Part shown: positions 21,514-31,171 of the stretch, piece by piece
How positions within the stretch are numbered: position 1 is the first letter of the stretch
Layout of the letters: every line of letters begins with the position of its first letter
Assembly (NCBI RefSeq): GCF_000011805.1
Contig: NC_006840.2
From: Aliivibrio fischeri ES114
GTDB taxonomy: Bacteria > Pseudomonadota > Gammaproteobacteria > Enterobacterales > Vibrionaceae
DNA: 32,000 nucleotides
Direction: 5' to 3' (one strand)
The notes under the pieces: generated by a model
What the model saw: only the letters and a program-made list of their open reading frames with translations
What the model was told of the DNA's origin: nothing
The model's database searches: none
Position numbers and translations under genes: made by a program

Positions 21514-22509
21514 TTAAAACGATGTCGATAACGAAAGTCGTTTACTTAACAATGATGCAGTAGCATTACCAATAAAAACAAATAGAGCGCAGCATAATGT
21601 AATACCGAGTAATAGAGGAGTATCACCGCTTAGTCCCGCTTGCACTAGGGTTTGACCCAACCCAGGGAAGTTAAACACCGTTTCAATAATGACTGAGCCA
21701 CTGAATAATTCTGAAAAACCTGCCAGTTGAATAACAATCGCCGGTATTAACGTATTTCTTAGTAAGTGAAAACGAACAATCGATAAGGTCGATAACCCAT
21801 GAATACGAGCGTATTTCACATGTTGGCTTTGAGCGACTTCAATAACCTTCTCTTTGGTATGCAAAATGATTGGAGCGATTAATCCAAGTGTTAGTGTTAT
21901 TAATGGCAAAATAAAATATGGGATTTTGTCATAAAAGGAAATTGATTCAGGAGATACCCCAATCGGGGCTAAGCCACCAACGGGTAACCAAATCAATTTA
22001 ACGGCAAAAATCGTGATTAAGAGTAAGCCAATCCAAAAGCTTGGTATTGAATTTACCATTAGTGCTAATTGTGTAATGATTTTGCTTGATATTGCCTTTG
22101 GTTTTAACCCAATAACAAGACCAATCCCGTAACCTAAAATCAGGGCAACTAGACTCGCACTTCCCATTAAAATAAAAGAGTAGCGACTGCGTTGCCAGAT
22201 GATTTGGCTAACCTCTTCTTGACGGTGATACGAGTAACCTAATTCACCAGATAACAAAGCGTGACTAAATGTCATTATTTGCTCAAGAATAGATTGGTCT
22301 AATCCGAGCTGTTCGATTAACTGTGCTTTTTGTTCACCAAATACGGCAAGCACGTTTCCATTAAAGTATTGAGCAATAGGATCGATTGGGAGAAACGCAA
22401 TCAATAAGCTAATAACCAATAAAGCCAAGCAAAGTTGCAGTAGTAAGCGTGTGATACTAAAGCAAACAATGCGTGACTGCTGAGAGTTTAACGACACTGC
22501 CAACGCCAT
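21514..22509 (-). CDS. Nik/Opp-type ABC transporter permease (NikB-like)
   Basis: 331-aa hydrophobic ORF with SIPSFWIGLLLI, YARIHGLSTLSIVRFHLLRNTLIPAIV, ETVFNFPGLGQTLVQA motifs. Confidence 0.87.
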   Translation of the reverse strand: MALAVSLNSQQSRIVCFSITRLLLQLCLALLVISLLIAFLPIDPIAQYFNGNVLAVFGEQKAQLIEQLGLDQSILEQIMTFSHALLSGELGYSYHRQEEVSQIIWQRSRYSFILMGSASLVALILGYGIGLVIGLKPKAISSKIITQLALMVNSIPSFWIGLLLITIFAVKLIWLPVGGLAPIGVSPESISFYDKIPYFILPLITLTLGLIAPIILHTKEKVIEVAQSQHVKYARIHGLSTLSIVRFHLLRNTLIPAIVIQLAGFSELFSGSVIIETVFNFPGLGQTLVQAGLSGDTPLLLGITLCCALFVFIGNATASLLSKRLSLSTSF

Positions 22510-24074
22510 TCTTCAATATTTGCAGTTAAAGGCCAGCCGTGATCATGAGGCTCAGTAATTGGTAATCCTAAATTCAAACAGCTATCAGCCATATATAAGT
22601 GATTAATATTAACTAACCACGTCCAAGGGCGATCTTGCTGAATTTGTTTTTGAGCTTGTTGCCAAAAAGGAATTGATTCATCCCAAGTATCTGCTTTTAA
22701 TGCGTTATCAATAGCTAAATCAACTTCAGGGTTACTGTAGCCACCTGAATTATAAAAATCAGTATGAGCAAAGTCAGAATGATAAACATAATTTACTTCG
22801 CTTGCAGAATGACTACCAAATCCCATAAGAACAGGTGTTGTTGTCATTTGTAGAGCAATGGCGTTCCACTCTAACCCTTTGACGGTTACTTCTATTCCAA
22901 TTTGATTTGCCATTGAGCTAATGGCTAAAGCTAATTGCTCTCGCACACTATCTCCAGCTTTATAAAGAAGGGTAAAAGAAGCTTCATAACCTTGTTTATC
23001 GATAGTGCCATTGTTATTACTGTCACTCCATCCTGCTTGTTTAAGTAGTGTTGTGATATGCGCTAAATTAACAGGGGTAGGTACAATTGATGTGGTATCT
23101 AACCCCCATGGCATATTATCTGCGAGTGAGTAGGCTGGTGTAGCATAGCCATCCAGTAATTTTTCTACGATCAATTGTTTGTCGATAAGGCATTCAAATG
23201 CTTCACGAATTGCAGGATCTGAGCTTACAAATGTCATGTCTGAGCCTTTATGATGACTCATAGGCCAAACAATACCTCGGTTGTCTAGTGTAGGTACTGA
23301 CCATAGTTTGTAATTACTGATGCTCTGATTCGCATAACGTTGAGGTATCACACTCAAATGAAGTTGATGTGTTTTTATCTGAATAAATCGTGATTCTTCG
23401 CTTCCAAATACGGCAACGATATTTTTGAATTTTGGTTTTTTAGCGTAATAGTAAGGGTTTAAACTCATGCTTACGTATTGGCCTTTTTCCCATTTATTTA
23501 AGATGTAAGGACCAGACCCCATAGGTAATGCGCCATATTTTGTCGGGCTATCAGAACGTAGTTGATAATATTTTTTTGGAACAATACCAATAGAAGATAG
23601 GCGATCTAAAAAGGTGATATCACATCGCTTTAAATGAAAAGCGACGGAAGTCGGCGTTAATGGTTCAGCCATTTCTAACGCACTTAAATCGTGAGTACTA
23701 CCTTGTGCTAAGATTTGATTAAAGGTAAACGCAACGTCTTCAGCTGTTAATGGTGTACCGTTACTAAAAACAACATCATCACGAAGAGTGACGATCCAAG
23801 TTAATTTGTTGTTCGTTAGACGCCATTTCGTTGCTAAATCGCCAACAAAATTTAAGTTTTTATCTCTTTTTAATAACGTCGATTGGAAGAGTGGATTACC
23901 GTACTTACCCCACCCAAGAATTGGATCAAATCCAGTGTTCGGTTCGCTGCCAAGAGCAACTTTTAAGGTTTCTGGGTATTTAGAAGGGGATGTTGTCGCT
24001 AGCGCAACAAAGCTTGTCATCGTTAGTAAGGTACAAATAAATAGAGAAAGAATACGTGTTTTTTTTCTATTCAT
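22488..24074 (-). CDS. Extracellular solute-binding protein family 5 (NikA/OppA-like), probable nickel or metallophore binding
   Basis: Signal-like N-terminus from internal Met 24074 (MNRKKTRILSLFICTLLTMTSFVALA), LKVALGSEPNTGFDPILGWGKYGNPLFQSTLLKRD, SNGTPLTAEDVAFTFNQIL. Confidence 0.87.
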   Translation of the reverse strand: MNRKKTRILSLFICTLLTMTSFVALATTSPSKYPETLKVALGSEPNTGFDPILGWGKYGNPLFQSTLLKRDKNLNFVGDLATKWRLTNNKLTWIVTLRDDVVFSNGTPLTAEDVAFTFNQILAQGSTHDLSALEMAEPLTPTSVAFHLKRCDITFLDRLSSIGIVPKKYYQLRSDSPTKYGALPMGSGPYILNKWEKGQYVSMSLNPYYYAKKPKFKNIVAVFGSEESRFIQIKTHQLHLSVIPQRYANQSISNYKLWSVPTLDNRGIVWPMSHHKGSDMTFVSSDPAIREAFECLIDKQLIVEKLLDGYATPAYSLADNMPWGLDTTSIVPTPVNLAHITTLLKQAGWSDSNNNGTIDKQGYEASFTLLYKAGDSVREQLALAISSMANQIGIEVTVKGLEWNAIALQMTTTPVLMGFGSHSASEVNYVYHSDFAHTDFYNSGGYSNPEVDLAIDNALKADTWDESIPFWQQAQKQIQQDRPWTWLVNINHLYMADSCLNLGLPITEPHDHGWPLTANIEEWRWQCR

Positions 24075-24464
24075 TTTATTCAGTAATGTATTCACAACTT
24101 TTTTCCAATATAAAAGAAGTAGTGCAGGTAAATGAGAGAATGCATTTACGAACTGCATTAGAAATTAAGTGGCGATCTCACTTTATCTTCAATATAAAAA
24201 TTATATTTGAGGCAATACAAAGCACCTTACATAAAGGCAACGATTCATTAGTAGTTAGAGTACTAAAGATGCAAAGATAAATAATATCAGATCGAATTTG
24301 ATGTTATTAACAAATAGAAGGTTAAAAACATCTGTAAATAAAAATCACAAGCCGTAGAACAACGGTAAAAAAAGAGAGTGACTTTGTTGGAGCGGATTCT
24401 ATCAGTAGATGTAAAGTAATCAAGAAATAAATCAATGAAACTAAAATTATTTTATAGATATAAA

Positions 24465-24492
24465 AAAGGCTAAGTAAATTTACTTAGCCTTT
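24465..24492 (-). terminator. Intrinsic terminator downstream of proS
   Basis: AAAGGCTAAGTAAATTTACTTAGCCTTT, a perfect 28-bp palindrome, followed on the minus strand by a T-rich tract (plus-strand aaaaaa). Confidence 0.85.
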
Positions 24493-24513
24493 GGTATTTA
24501 ATACGTGATTAAA

Positions 24514-26229
24514 TTAGCTTAATTGCGCTTTAATGTGTTCAACAATGTTTGCCATTTCAACCGCTTCTTTCGTATTTGCACGACGGTTCTTATACTCAAA
24601 GTGACCTTCGTCCATGCTACGATCACCGATAACGATCGTGTGTGGAATACCGATAAGCTCGATGTCCTTAAACATAACACCTGGGCGTTCTTTACGGTCA
24701 TCGAATAGAACTTCGATACCCATTGCTGTTAATTCAGCATACAGTTTTTCAGCTGCTTCTTTAACACGCTCAGATTTGTGCATGTTCATAGGAACGATAG
24801 CAACCGTAAATGGTGCAATCGCTTCTGGCCATACAATGCCGTATTCGTCGTTGTTTTGTTCAATAGCTGATGCAACAACACGTGATACACCGATACCGTA
24901 ACAACCCATTTCTAGAATTACGTTCTTACCGTTTGCATCTAGAACGCCACAGTTCATTGCTTCTGAGTAGGCTGTACCTAATTGGAAGATGTGACCAACT
25001 TCGATACCACGTTTAAGTTGTAGCGTACCTTTACCACATGGGCTTGGATCACCTTCAACTACGTTACGTAAATCTTCAACTTGACCTAGTTGTACATCAC
25101 GATCCCAGTTCACACCAAAGAAGTGTTTACCATCGATGTTTGCACCTGTGCCAAAGTCACTCATTACAGCAACTGAACGGTCAACGATGAATGGAAGTTC
25201 TAGGCCAACAGGACCAAGAGAACCTGCGCCTGCACCAATTAGGTCACGAAGTTGTGCTTCGTCAGCCATTTCTAGTGGAGAAGCAACCTGTGGAAGGTTT
25301 TCAGCTTTAACTTCGTTAAGCTCGTGATCACCACGGATGATAAGTGCGATAATATCAGCATCAACTTCATCAGACGCTTTAACAAACAGTGTTTTTACTG
25401 TTTTTTCAATCGCAATACCGTGTTGCTCAACTAATTCTGCAATCGTTTTTGCGTTTGGTGTATCAACGGTTGTCATCTCTTGAGTAGGAGCTGCACGTTC
25501 TGTTGTTGGTGCTACTGCTTCTGCTTTTTCGATGTTTGCTGCGTAATCAGATTCTGTTGAGAATGCGATTAAATCTTCACCGCTTTCTGCAAGTACGTGG
25601 AACTCTTGAGAACCACTACCACCGATAGCACCAGAGTCAGCTAGTACTGGACGGTATTCAAGACCCATACGGTCGAATGCTTTACAGTATGCATCGTGCA
25701 TTGCATCGTAAGACTTTTGTAGGCCTTCTTTGTTGATGTCAAAGCTGTATGCATCCATCATGCAGAATTCACGAGCACGCATTACGCCAAAACGTGGACG
25801 ACGTTCGTCACGGAATTTAGTTTGAATTTGGTACAGGTTTAGCGGAAGTTGTTTGTAAGAGCTAACTTCGTTACGAACAAGGCTAGTGATAACTTCTTCA
25901 GCTGTTGGACTAAGTACAAACGGACGAACATGACGGTCAGTAAAACGAAGTAGTTCAGGGCCCATTTTTTCTGAGCGGCCTGTTTCTTCCCAAAGTTCAA
26001 ATGGTTGAACTACGGGCATCAATGTTTCGATTGCACCTGCATTGTCGATCTCTTGACGAACGATGTTTTCGACTTTACGCAGTACACGTAGACCAGTAGG
26101 TAGCCAAGTATATAAACCTGAAGCCAGTCTACGAATCATACCTGCACGTAGCATAAGCTGGTGGCTTACTACTTCTGCGTCGTTTGGAGTCTCCTTCAGT
26201 GTTGAAAGAAGGTATTTGCTAGTGCGCAT
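24514..26229 (-). CDS. proS: Prolyl-tRNA synthetase (bacterial type with editing insertion)
   Basis: [61 protein letters not shown]; longer in-frame start at 26241. Confidence 0.97.
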
Positions 26230-26377
26230 GTTTTCATCCATTTGTTAGTTATGAATATTGGAATAGCTCGATTTAAACAGTTAAACCGAGAGTTCAACCT
26301 TAGTATAGAGTCTGTTCTCTTAAGAATGGGCTCAAATCTAAAATTAAGCCCTATATAATATCAGCCCTAAAGCGATC

Positions 26378-27076
26378 TCAAAAGCGATCAATTGCAGTAA
26401 CTGTAATAGAATTGCTTTCAACAAGGAATTTTACGTTTAAATCAAACAAATTTACGGCGTATTCTTTGTTATCGACTTTTCCTTTTTTATAAGCTGGACG
26501 AGGATCTTGTCCTAGTACCTCTTTGAGCACCGCCTCTATCTCTCTTCTTTGTGGGTGAGAACTCAGTGATTTTTGTGCATCGATGGATAAAAACACATCC
26601 AACACATCAGGTTCTTTATCGGCAAAACCGCCAAGGGCATCGGGAATTGAATCTGAATAGGGGATATAAGGCTTGATATCAATAATCGGCGTGTTATCAA
26701 CTAAATCGACACTGCCTAACTCTAAATAGGTTTGATTTCCTTCCTGGATAACCCCTTTTAATTCTACAGCAGACATACCAATGCCATTTGGACGAAATGT
26801 GGCACGAGAAGCGAATACACCAATACGTTCATTCCCCCCTAGTCGTGGTGGACGAACCGTTGGTCTCCAGCCGGCTTCAAGGTTTTGATCAAATAGAAAA
26901 AGTAACCATAGGTGAGAGAATTGTTCGATGCCACGAATCGCTTCTGGTGAATTAGCCTCACCGACGAGTTTAATTCTTGATGTGGCACTTGGAGCCAAAC
27001 GAGGTTGACGAGGTACCGCAAATTTTTCTTTGTAAGGAGATTGAATAAAACCAATAGGGTTGATGTGATAAGTCAT
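26378..27076 (-). CDS. trmO: tRNA (N6-threonylcarbamoyladenosine(37)-N6)-methyltransferase TrmO
   Basis: INPIGFIQSPYKEKFAVPRQPRL, LPRLGGNERIGVFASRATFRPNGIGMSAV-like segment, LELGSVDLVDNTPIIDIKPYIPYSD; longer ORF start at 27091. Confidence 0.92.
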   Translation of the reverse strand: MTYHINPIGFIQSPYKEKFAVPRQPRLAPSATSRIKLVGEANSPEAIRGIEQFSHLWLLFLFDQNLEAGWRPTVRPPRLGGNERIGVFASRATFRPNGIGMSAVELKGVIQEGNQTYLELGSVDLVDNTPIIDIKPYIPYSDSIPDALGGFADKEPDVLDVFLSIDAQKSLSSHPQRREIEAVLKEVLGQDPRPAYKKGKVDNKEYAVNLFDLNVKFLVESNSITVTAIDRF

Positions 27077-27113
27077 TAGGCTATTTTTCATTATTAATAT
27101 CTTCAGGCATTAA

Positions 27114-27143
27114 AAAAGGTTGACGCTCTCACGTCAACCTTTT
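27114..27143 (-). terminator. Intrinsic terminator downstream of metQ
   Basis: AAAAGGTTGACG-ctctca-CGTCAACCTTTT, perfect 12-bp stem. Confidence 0.88.
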
Positions 27144-27170
27144 GTGGAATAACTGGTTAAAAGAAGGGGA

Positions 27171-27980
27171 TTACCAACCTTTAACTACGCCACCTTTGAA
27201 TGTTTTAAGAGCAGCTTGGTAAACTTCTTCAGATTGGTACGCTTTAACAAATGTTTTAACGTTTTCTGAGTTTACGTTGTCTGTACGGCCAACGATTAAG
27301 TTTACGTATGGAGACTCTTTATCTTCTACAAAAATACCGTCTTTTTCTGGTTCTAGGTTGATGCTACTTGCGTAAGTTGTGTTGATTACAGATAACGCTA
27401 CATCATCAAGAGAACGAGGCAATTGAGCTGCATCTAATTCAACAATAGTGATGTTTTTAGGGTTAGCAGTAATATCACGAACCGTTGCTGCAAGGCCTGC
27501 ATCTTCACGAAGAGTAATTAGCCCTTGTTGTTGAAGAAGAAGCAGAGAACGACCTAGGTTTGTTGGATCGTTTGGTACGGCGATACGAGCGCCATCTTCA
27601 ATTTGGTCAACTGATGTTACTTGTTTAGAGTAGCCAGCAATTGGGTATACAAAAGAGTTACCTGCAATTTCAATTTTGTAACCACGATCAGCAACTTGTT
27701 GATCTAGGTATGGTTTGTGTTGGAATGCGTTTAGGTCAATAGAACCATCATCCAATGCTGCGTTTGGTGTTACGTAATCTGTAAAAGTAACAAGTTCAAC
27801 ATCAAGACCGTATTGTTCTTTTGCTACTTTAGCTGCAACTTCAGCAACTTGTGCTTCTGCACCTGCCATTACACCCACTTTAATTGAGTTTGTTTTTGCT
27901 TCTTCTTGTCCACAACCCGTAAGGATAAGTGTTGATGCTAGGCCAGCAACAGCAGCCAGTTTTTTCAGATTCAATTTCAT
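27171..27980 (-). CDS. metQ: Methionine ABC transporter substrate-binding lipoprotein MetQ
   Basis: Lipobox (TLILTGCGQ), VAKEQYGLDVELVTFTDYVTPNAALDDGSIDLNAFQHKPYLD. Confidence 0.95.
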   Translation of the reverse strand: MKLNLKKLAAVAGLASTLILTGCGQEEAKTNSIKVGVMAGAEAQVAEVAAKVAKEQYGLDVELVTFTDYVTPNAALDDGSIDLNAFQHKPYLDQQVADRGYKIEIAGNSFVYPIAGYSKQVTSVDQIEDGARIAVPNDPTNLGRSLLLLQQQGLITLREDAGLAATVRDITANPKNITIVELDAAQLPRSLDDVALSVINTTYASSINLEPEKDGIFVEDKESPYVNLIVGRTDNVNSENVKTFVKAYQSEEVYQAALKTFKGGVVKGW

Positions 27981-28018
27981 TATTTACTCCTTAAAAATGA
28001 ATTCCATATTAAATAAAA

Positions 28019-28696
28019 TTAACGGTGATCGACTTTTTTAACTAAAGCATCACCAACAGATTGAATGATTTGAACCAAAACAATCAGCATAACAACGGTC
28101 ACTGCCATGATAGTTAAATCATAACGGTGGAAACCATATCGAATAGCAACATCACCTAAACCACCGCCGCCAACGGTACCTGCCATTGCAGAGTAGCTAA
28201 CCAGTGTGACTAGTGTGATAGTTACTGAGTTTAAAATAGTTGGTAGTGCTTCTGGAAGCAGTACTTTTGTAATGATTTGCAGTGGTGTTGCGCCCATTGA
28301 TTGTGCCGCCTCAACCAGACCACTTGGTACTTCGATTAACGCACCTTCAATTAAACGAGCAACAAATGGAATCGCCCCAATGGTTAGTGGAACGATCGCT
28401 GCTGTAGTGCCAATAAAGCTACCAACAATCAATTTTGTTACAGGGATAATGGCAACCATTAAAACTAAGAAAGGAACAGAACGTCCTACGTTTACAATCG
28501 CACCAAGTACGCTGTTAAACGCGGTGTTTTCCATTAGACCACCTTTTTTAGTGATATGAAGAACAACACCAAGTGGGATACCAATAGCAAAGCCAACGAT
28601 ACCTGCAACCGCAACCATATAAAGGGTTTCGCCAGTTGCGTTTAATAATAACTTGCTGTTTAAATCAAGCCATGCAGAAATCACATCAAACGACAT
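28019..28696 (-). CDS. metI: Methionine ABC transporter permease MetI
   Basis: 225-aa hydrophobic ORF; [63 protein letters not shown]. Confidence 0.95.
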   Translation of the reverse strand: MSFDVISAWLDLNSKLLLNATGETLYMVAVAGIVGFAIGIPLGVVLHITKKGGLMENTAFNSVLGAIVNVGRSVPFLVLMVAIIPVTKLIVGSFIGTTAAIVPLTIGAIPFVARLIEGALIEVPSGLVEAAQSMGATPLQIITKVLLPEALPTILNSVTITLVTLVSYSAMAGTVGGGGLGDVAIRYGFHRYDLTIMAVTVVMLIVLVQIIQSVGDALVKKVDHR

Positions 28697-29720
28697 AACC
28701 TAACACCTCTACTTTTACATGATGATTGCGTAAGAACTCAATTGCTTTTTGAGTTGATTCTTGATTACCAAATACTTCAGCAAGCATTAAACCAAATTTA
28801 ACACCACCGGCATAATCAATGTCTGAGCTTAAGATACTGATATCAATATCGAATTCACGAGAGATTTGACTGATAACAGGAGCATCAACCGTTGAGCCTG
28901 TAAATTCTAAACGAATAAGAGGGTAGCTACCTTCAACATAGGTATCTTTCAAGCGGGCTTTGAAATCTTCAGGGATTGATAGATCTAATGTTGCACGAAT
29001 AAATTCTTGAGCCAGTGCTGTTTTTGGATGCGCAAAAATATCGCTAACAGCCCCTTTCTCAACTAATTCACCGCCACCGATAATGGCTACTTCATGACAG
29101 ATGTTTTTTACCACTTCCATTTCATGAGTAATAATAAGAATTGTGATACTTAATTTACGGTTTAGATCTTTGATTAGTTCAAGAATTGATTTTGTCGTTG
29201 CAGGGTCAAGAGCGCTGGTTGCTTCATCACATAGCAGTACTTTTGGATCCGTAGAAAGTGCACGAGCGATAGCAACACGTTGCTTCTGGCCACCACTTAG
29301 GTTTGCAGGATAAGTATGGTGTTTATCTGCTAAGCCAACTAAATCTAATAATTCAGTTACTTTCTTTTGAATATCGTGTTTTGATTTTCCGGCAAGTTCT
29401 AAAGGTAAAGCAACGTTATCAAATACAGTTCGTGATGCTAAAAGGTTAAAGTGCTGGAAGATCATCCCAATATTACGACGAGCTTTACTTAACTCGCTAG
29501 AAGAGAGCTTAGTTAAATCTACACCATCAACAACCACTTCACCATTAGTTGGTCTTTCTAGCATGTTTACACAGCGTATCAGTGTGCTTTTCCCTGCACC
29601 CGATGAGCCAATCACACCAAAGATGGTGCCTTGAGCAATATGAAGATTAATATCTTTAAGAGCATTAATTTCCTTTGCTCCTTGATAAAAAATCTTATTA
29701 ACACGGTTTATTTCAATCAT
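28686..29720 (-). CDS. metN: Methionine ABC transporter ATP-binding protein MetN
   Basis: [60 protein letters not shown]...; start at 29720 rather than the longer ORF start at 29789; C-terminal ACT-like regulatory domain. Confidence 0.95.
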   Translation of the reverse strand: MIEINRVNKIFYQGAKEINALKDINLHIAQGTIFGVIGSSGAGKSTLIRCVNMLERPTNGEVVVDGVDLTKLSSSELSKARRNIGMIFQHFNLLASRTVFDNVALPLELAGKSKHDIQKKVTELLDLVGLADKHHTYPANLSGGQKQRVAIARALSTDPKVLLCDEATSALDPATTKSILELIKDLNRKLSITILIITHEMEVVKNICHEVAIIGGGELVEKGAVSDIFAHPKTALAQEFIRATLDLSIPEDFKARLKDTYVEGSYPLIRLEFTGSTVDAPVISQISREFDIDISILSSDIDYAGGVKFGLMLAEVFGNQESTQKAIEFLRNHHVKVEVLGYVV

Positions 29721-29843
29721 GATTCGCCTTGAACTGCATTTCGTAAAAAGATAGTTAACAAAGGTTACAAAACCTGAGCAATCTCTCATTTTTTATGTTT
29801 TACTGATGCTATTTCGGATATTGATTTAAGTCAATAGATATTT

Positions 29844-29867
29844 TTACGTCTAGACGTCTAAACACAC
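29844..29867. promoter_or_regulatory. Candidate tandem MetJ boxes upstream of metNIQ
   Basis: Consecutive 8-mers TTACGTCT | AGACGTCT | AAACACAC; the second matches the MetJ consensus AGACGTCT exactly and the first differs at two positions. A further AGATGTCA lies at 29873-29880. Confidence 0.75.
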
Positions 29868-29942
29868 AAATAAGATGTCAATAAGTGAAAAGCATGAGAT
29901 AATTTTTGATATTAACCGATTTGATTCATAGAGGGTGTCACC

Positions 29943-30494
29943 TTGTCCAAACCAGCGGTATTTATTGATAGAGATGGCGTGATCAATGTTGATCATGGCT
30001 ATGTTCATAAACGTGATGATTTTGAATACATTGATGGTGTATTTGAGGCTACGAAGAAACTCAAAGAAATGGGTTACCTATTAGTGTTGGTAACTAACCA
30101 ATCAGGTATTGCTCGCGGTATGTTCACTGAAGATCAATTTGAAATTCTTACTGAGTGGATGGATTGGAACTTTGCTGATAATGGCGTTGACTTTGATGGC
30201 ATCTATTATTGTCCTCATCACCCTGAAGCCACTGTTGAAAAATACAAAGAAGCATGTGATTGCCGTAAACCAAATCCAGGTATGTTAGTTTCTGCACAAC
30301 GTTTCTTAGATATCGACATGGAAAATTCAATCATGATCGGTGATAAGAAAGAAGACATGATGGCAGCGCAAGCGGCTAGTGTTGGCACTCGTATTTTAGT
30401 TCGAACTGGTAAGCCAGTAACTGAAGAAGGTGAAGCATTAGCAACTGCAGTTCTTGATAGTGTTGCAGATGTACCAAAGTTCTTGTCTGCTTAG
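29943..30494 (+). CDS. gmhB: D-glycero-beta-D-manno-heptose 1,7-bisphosphate 7-phosphatase
   Basis: [34 protein letters not shown] motif, [19 protein letters not shown]; apparent TTG start with gaggg upstream. Confidence 0.93.
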   Translation: MSKPAVFIDRDGVINVDHGYVHKRDDFEYIDGVFEATKKLKEMGYLLVLVTNQSGIARGMFTEDQFEILTEWMDWNFADNGVDFDGIYYCPHHPEATVEKYKEACDCRKPNPGMLVSAQRFLDIDMENSIMIGDKKEDMMAAQAASVGTRILVRTGKPVTEEGEALATAVLDSVADVPKFLSA

Positions 30495-30521
30495 CTAGAT
30501 TTGTTAAAGAGAATATAAATG

Positions 30522-30558
30522 AAACGCCTATAGAGAAATCTGTGGGCGTTTTTTTATG
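30522..30558 (+). terminator. Probable intrinsic terminator downstream of gmhB
   Basis: AAACGCC...GGCGTTTTTTT hairpin arms (30522-30528, 30545-30551) followed by a T run; an AGA/TCT pair lies inside the loop. Confidence 0.65.
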
Positions 30559-30709
30559 TGTTAACAATGAATATGTTAGCGAGCGTTTTCTTTCTGTCTT
30601 ATTTTTAAGATGAAAAAAGTGTATCTTTATTAGGCAAATTTGCCTAGAGTTGAGTATATAGATGGATTTTAAGTAATTCGATTAAGGGTTACAGATTAAG
30701 GTGGTAGTT

Positions 30710-30877
30710 ATGAATAAGCTTGATAAAGGTAAGAGTTTGCTTTTAGATAAACAGCAACCAAAAGCATTATGCCATCAAAAAGATCCTGTAGATGAAACGG
30801 TTAATACGTGGGATCTGCTAACGGATGAACAACAACAAGATATACTTTCTCATTTAAGTGAAATTCCTTTTCAGTAA
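30710..30877 (+). CDS. Small hypothetical protein (55 aa), not in the supplied ORF track
   Basis: ATG at 30710 preceded by aaggtgg; MNKLDKGKSLLLDKQQPKALCHQKDPVDETVNTWDLLTDEQQQDILSHLSEIPFQ, stop at 30875-30877. Confidence 0.5.
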   Translation: MNKLDKGKSLLLDKQQPKALCHQKDPVDETVNTWDLLTDEQQQDILSHLSEIPFQ

Positions 30878-31171
30878 CAGCTTCGTTTAGAAACTCTCCT
30901 TTTTATCAGTAGATAATTTAATCCAGTGAGGTTTAATTTGTGACACTTTCATAACAATTGTGTCAAAAACTCGCCTTTTACTTTCTAATCCCCGCACGAT
31001 TCTGCAAACTGTTAACTCAATTACATTATCAATGGTTGTCTTTGTAGTTACTTAACTATTGAACTAACTTAATAAAATTATTATAAAAATAAATACAGTT
31101 CGGGCTAGAAATATAGCCTAACTCGTATTACGACAACGGAGTTTGTCGAAGGACATGGAGTACTGTCACGG

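Noticed and set aside
24056-24280. 74-aa plus-strand ORF upstream of the importer binding-protein gene
   Set aside because: Overlaps the start of the binding-protein gene, has no recognisable family pattern, and most likely is promoter or leader DNA.
24519-26248. Short ORFs within proS on both strands
   Set aside because: Nested in a long, highly conserved aminoacyl-tRNA synthetase gene.
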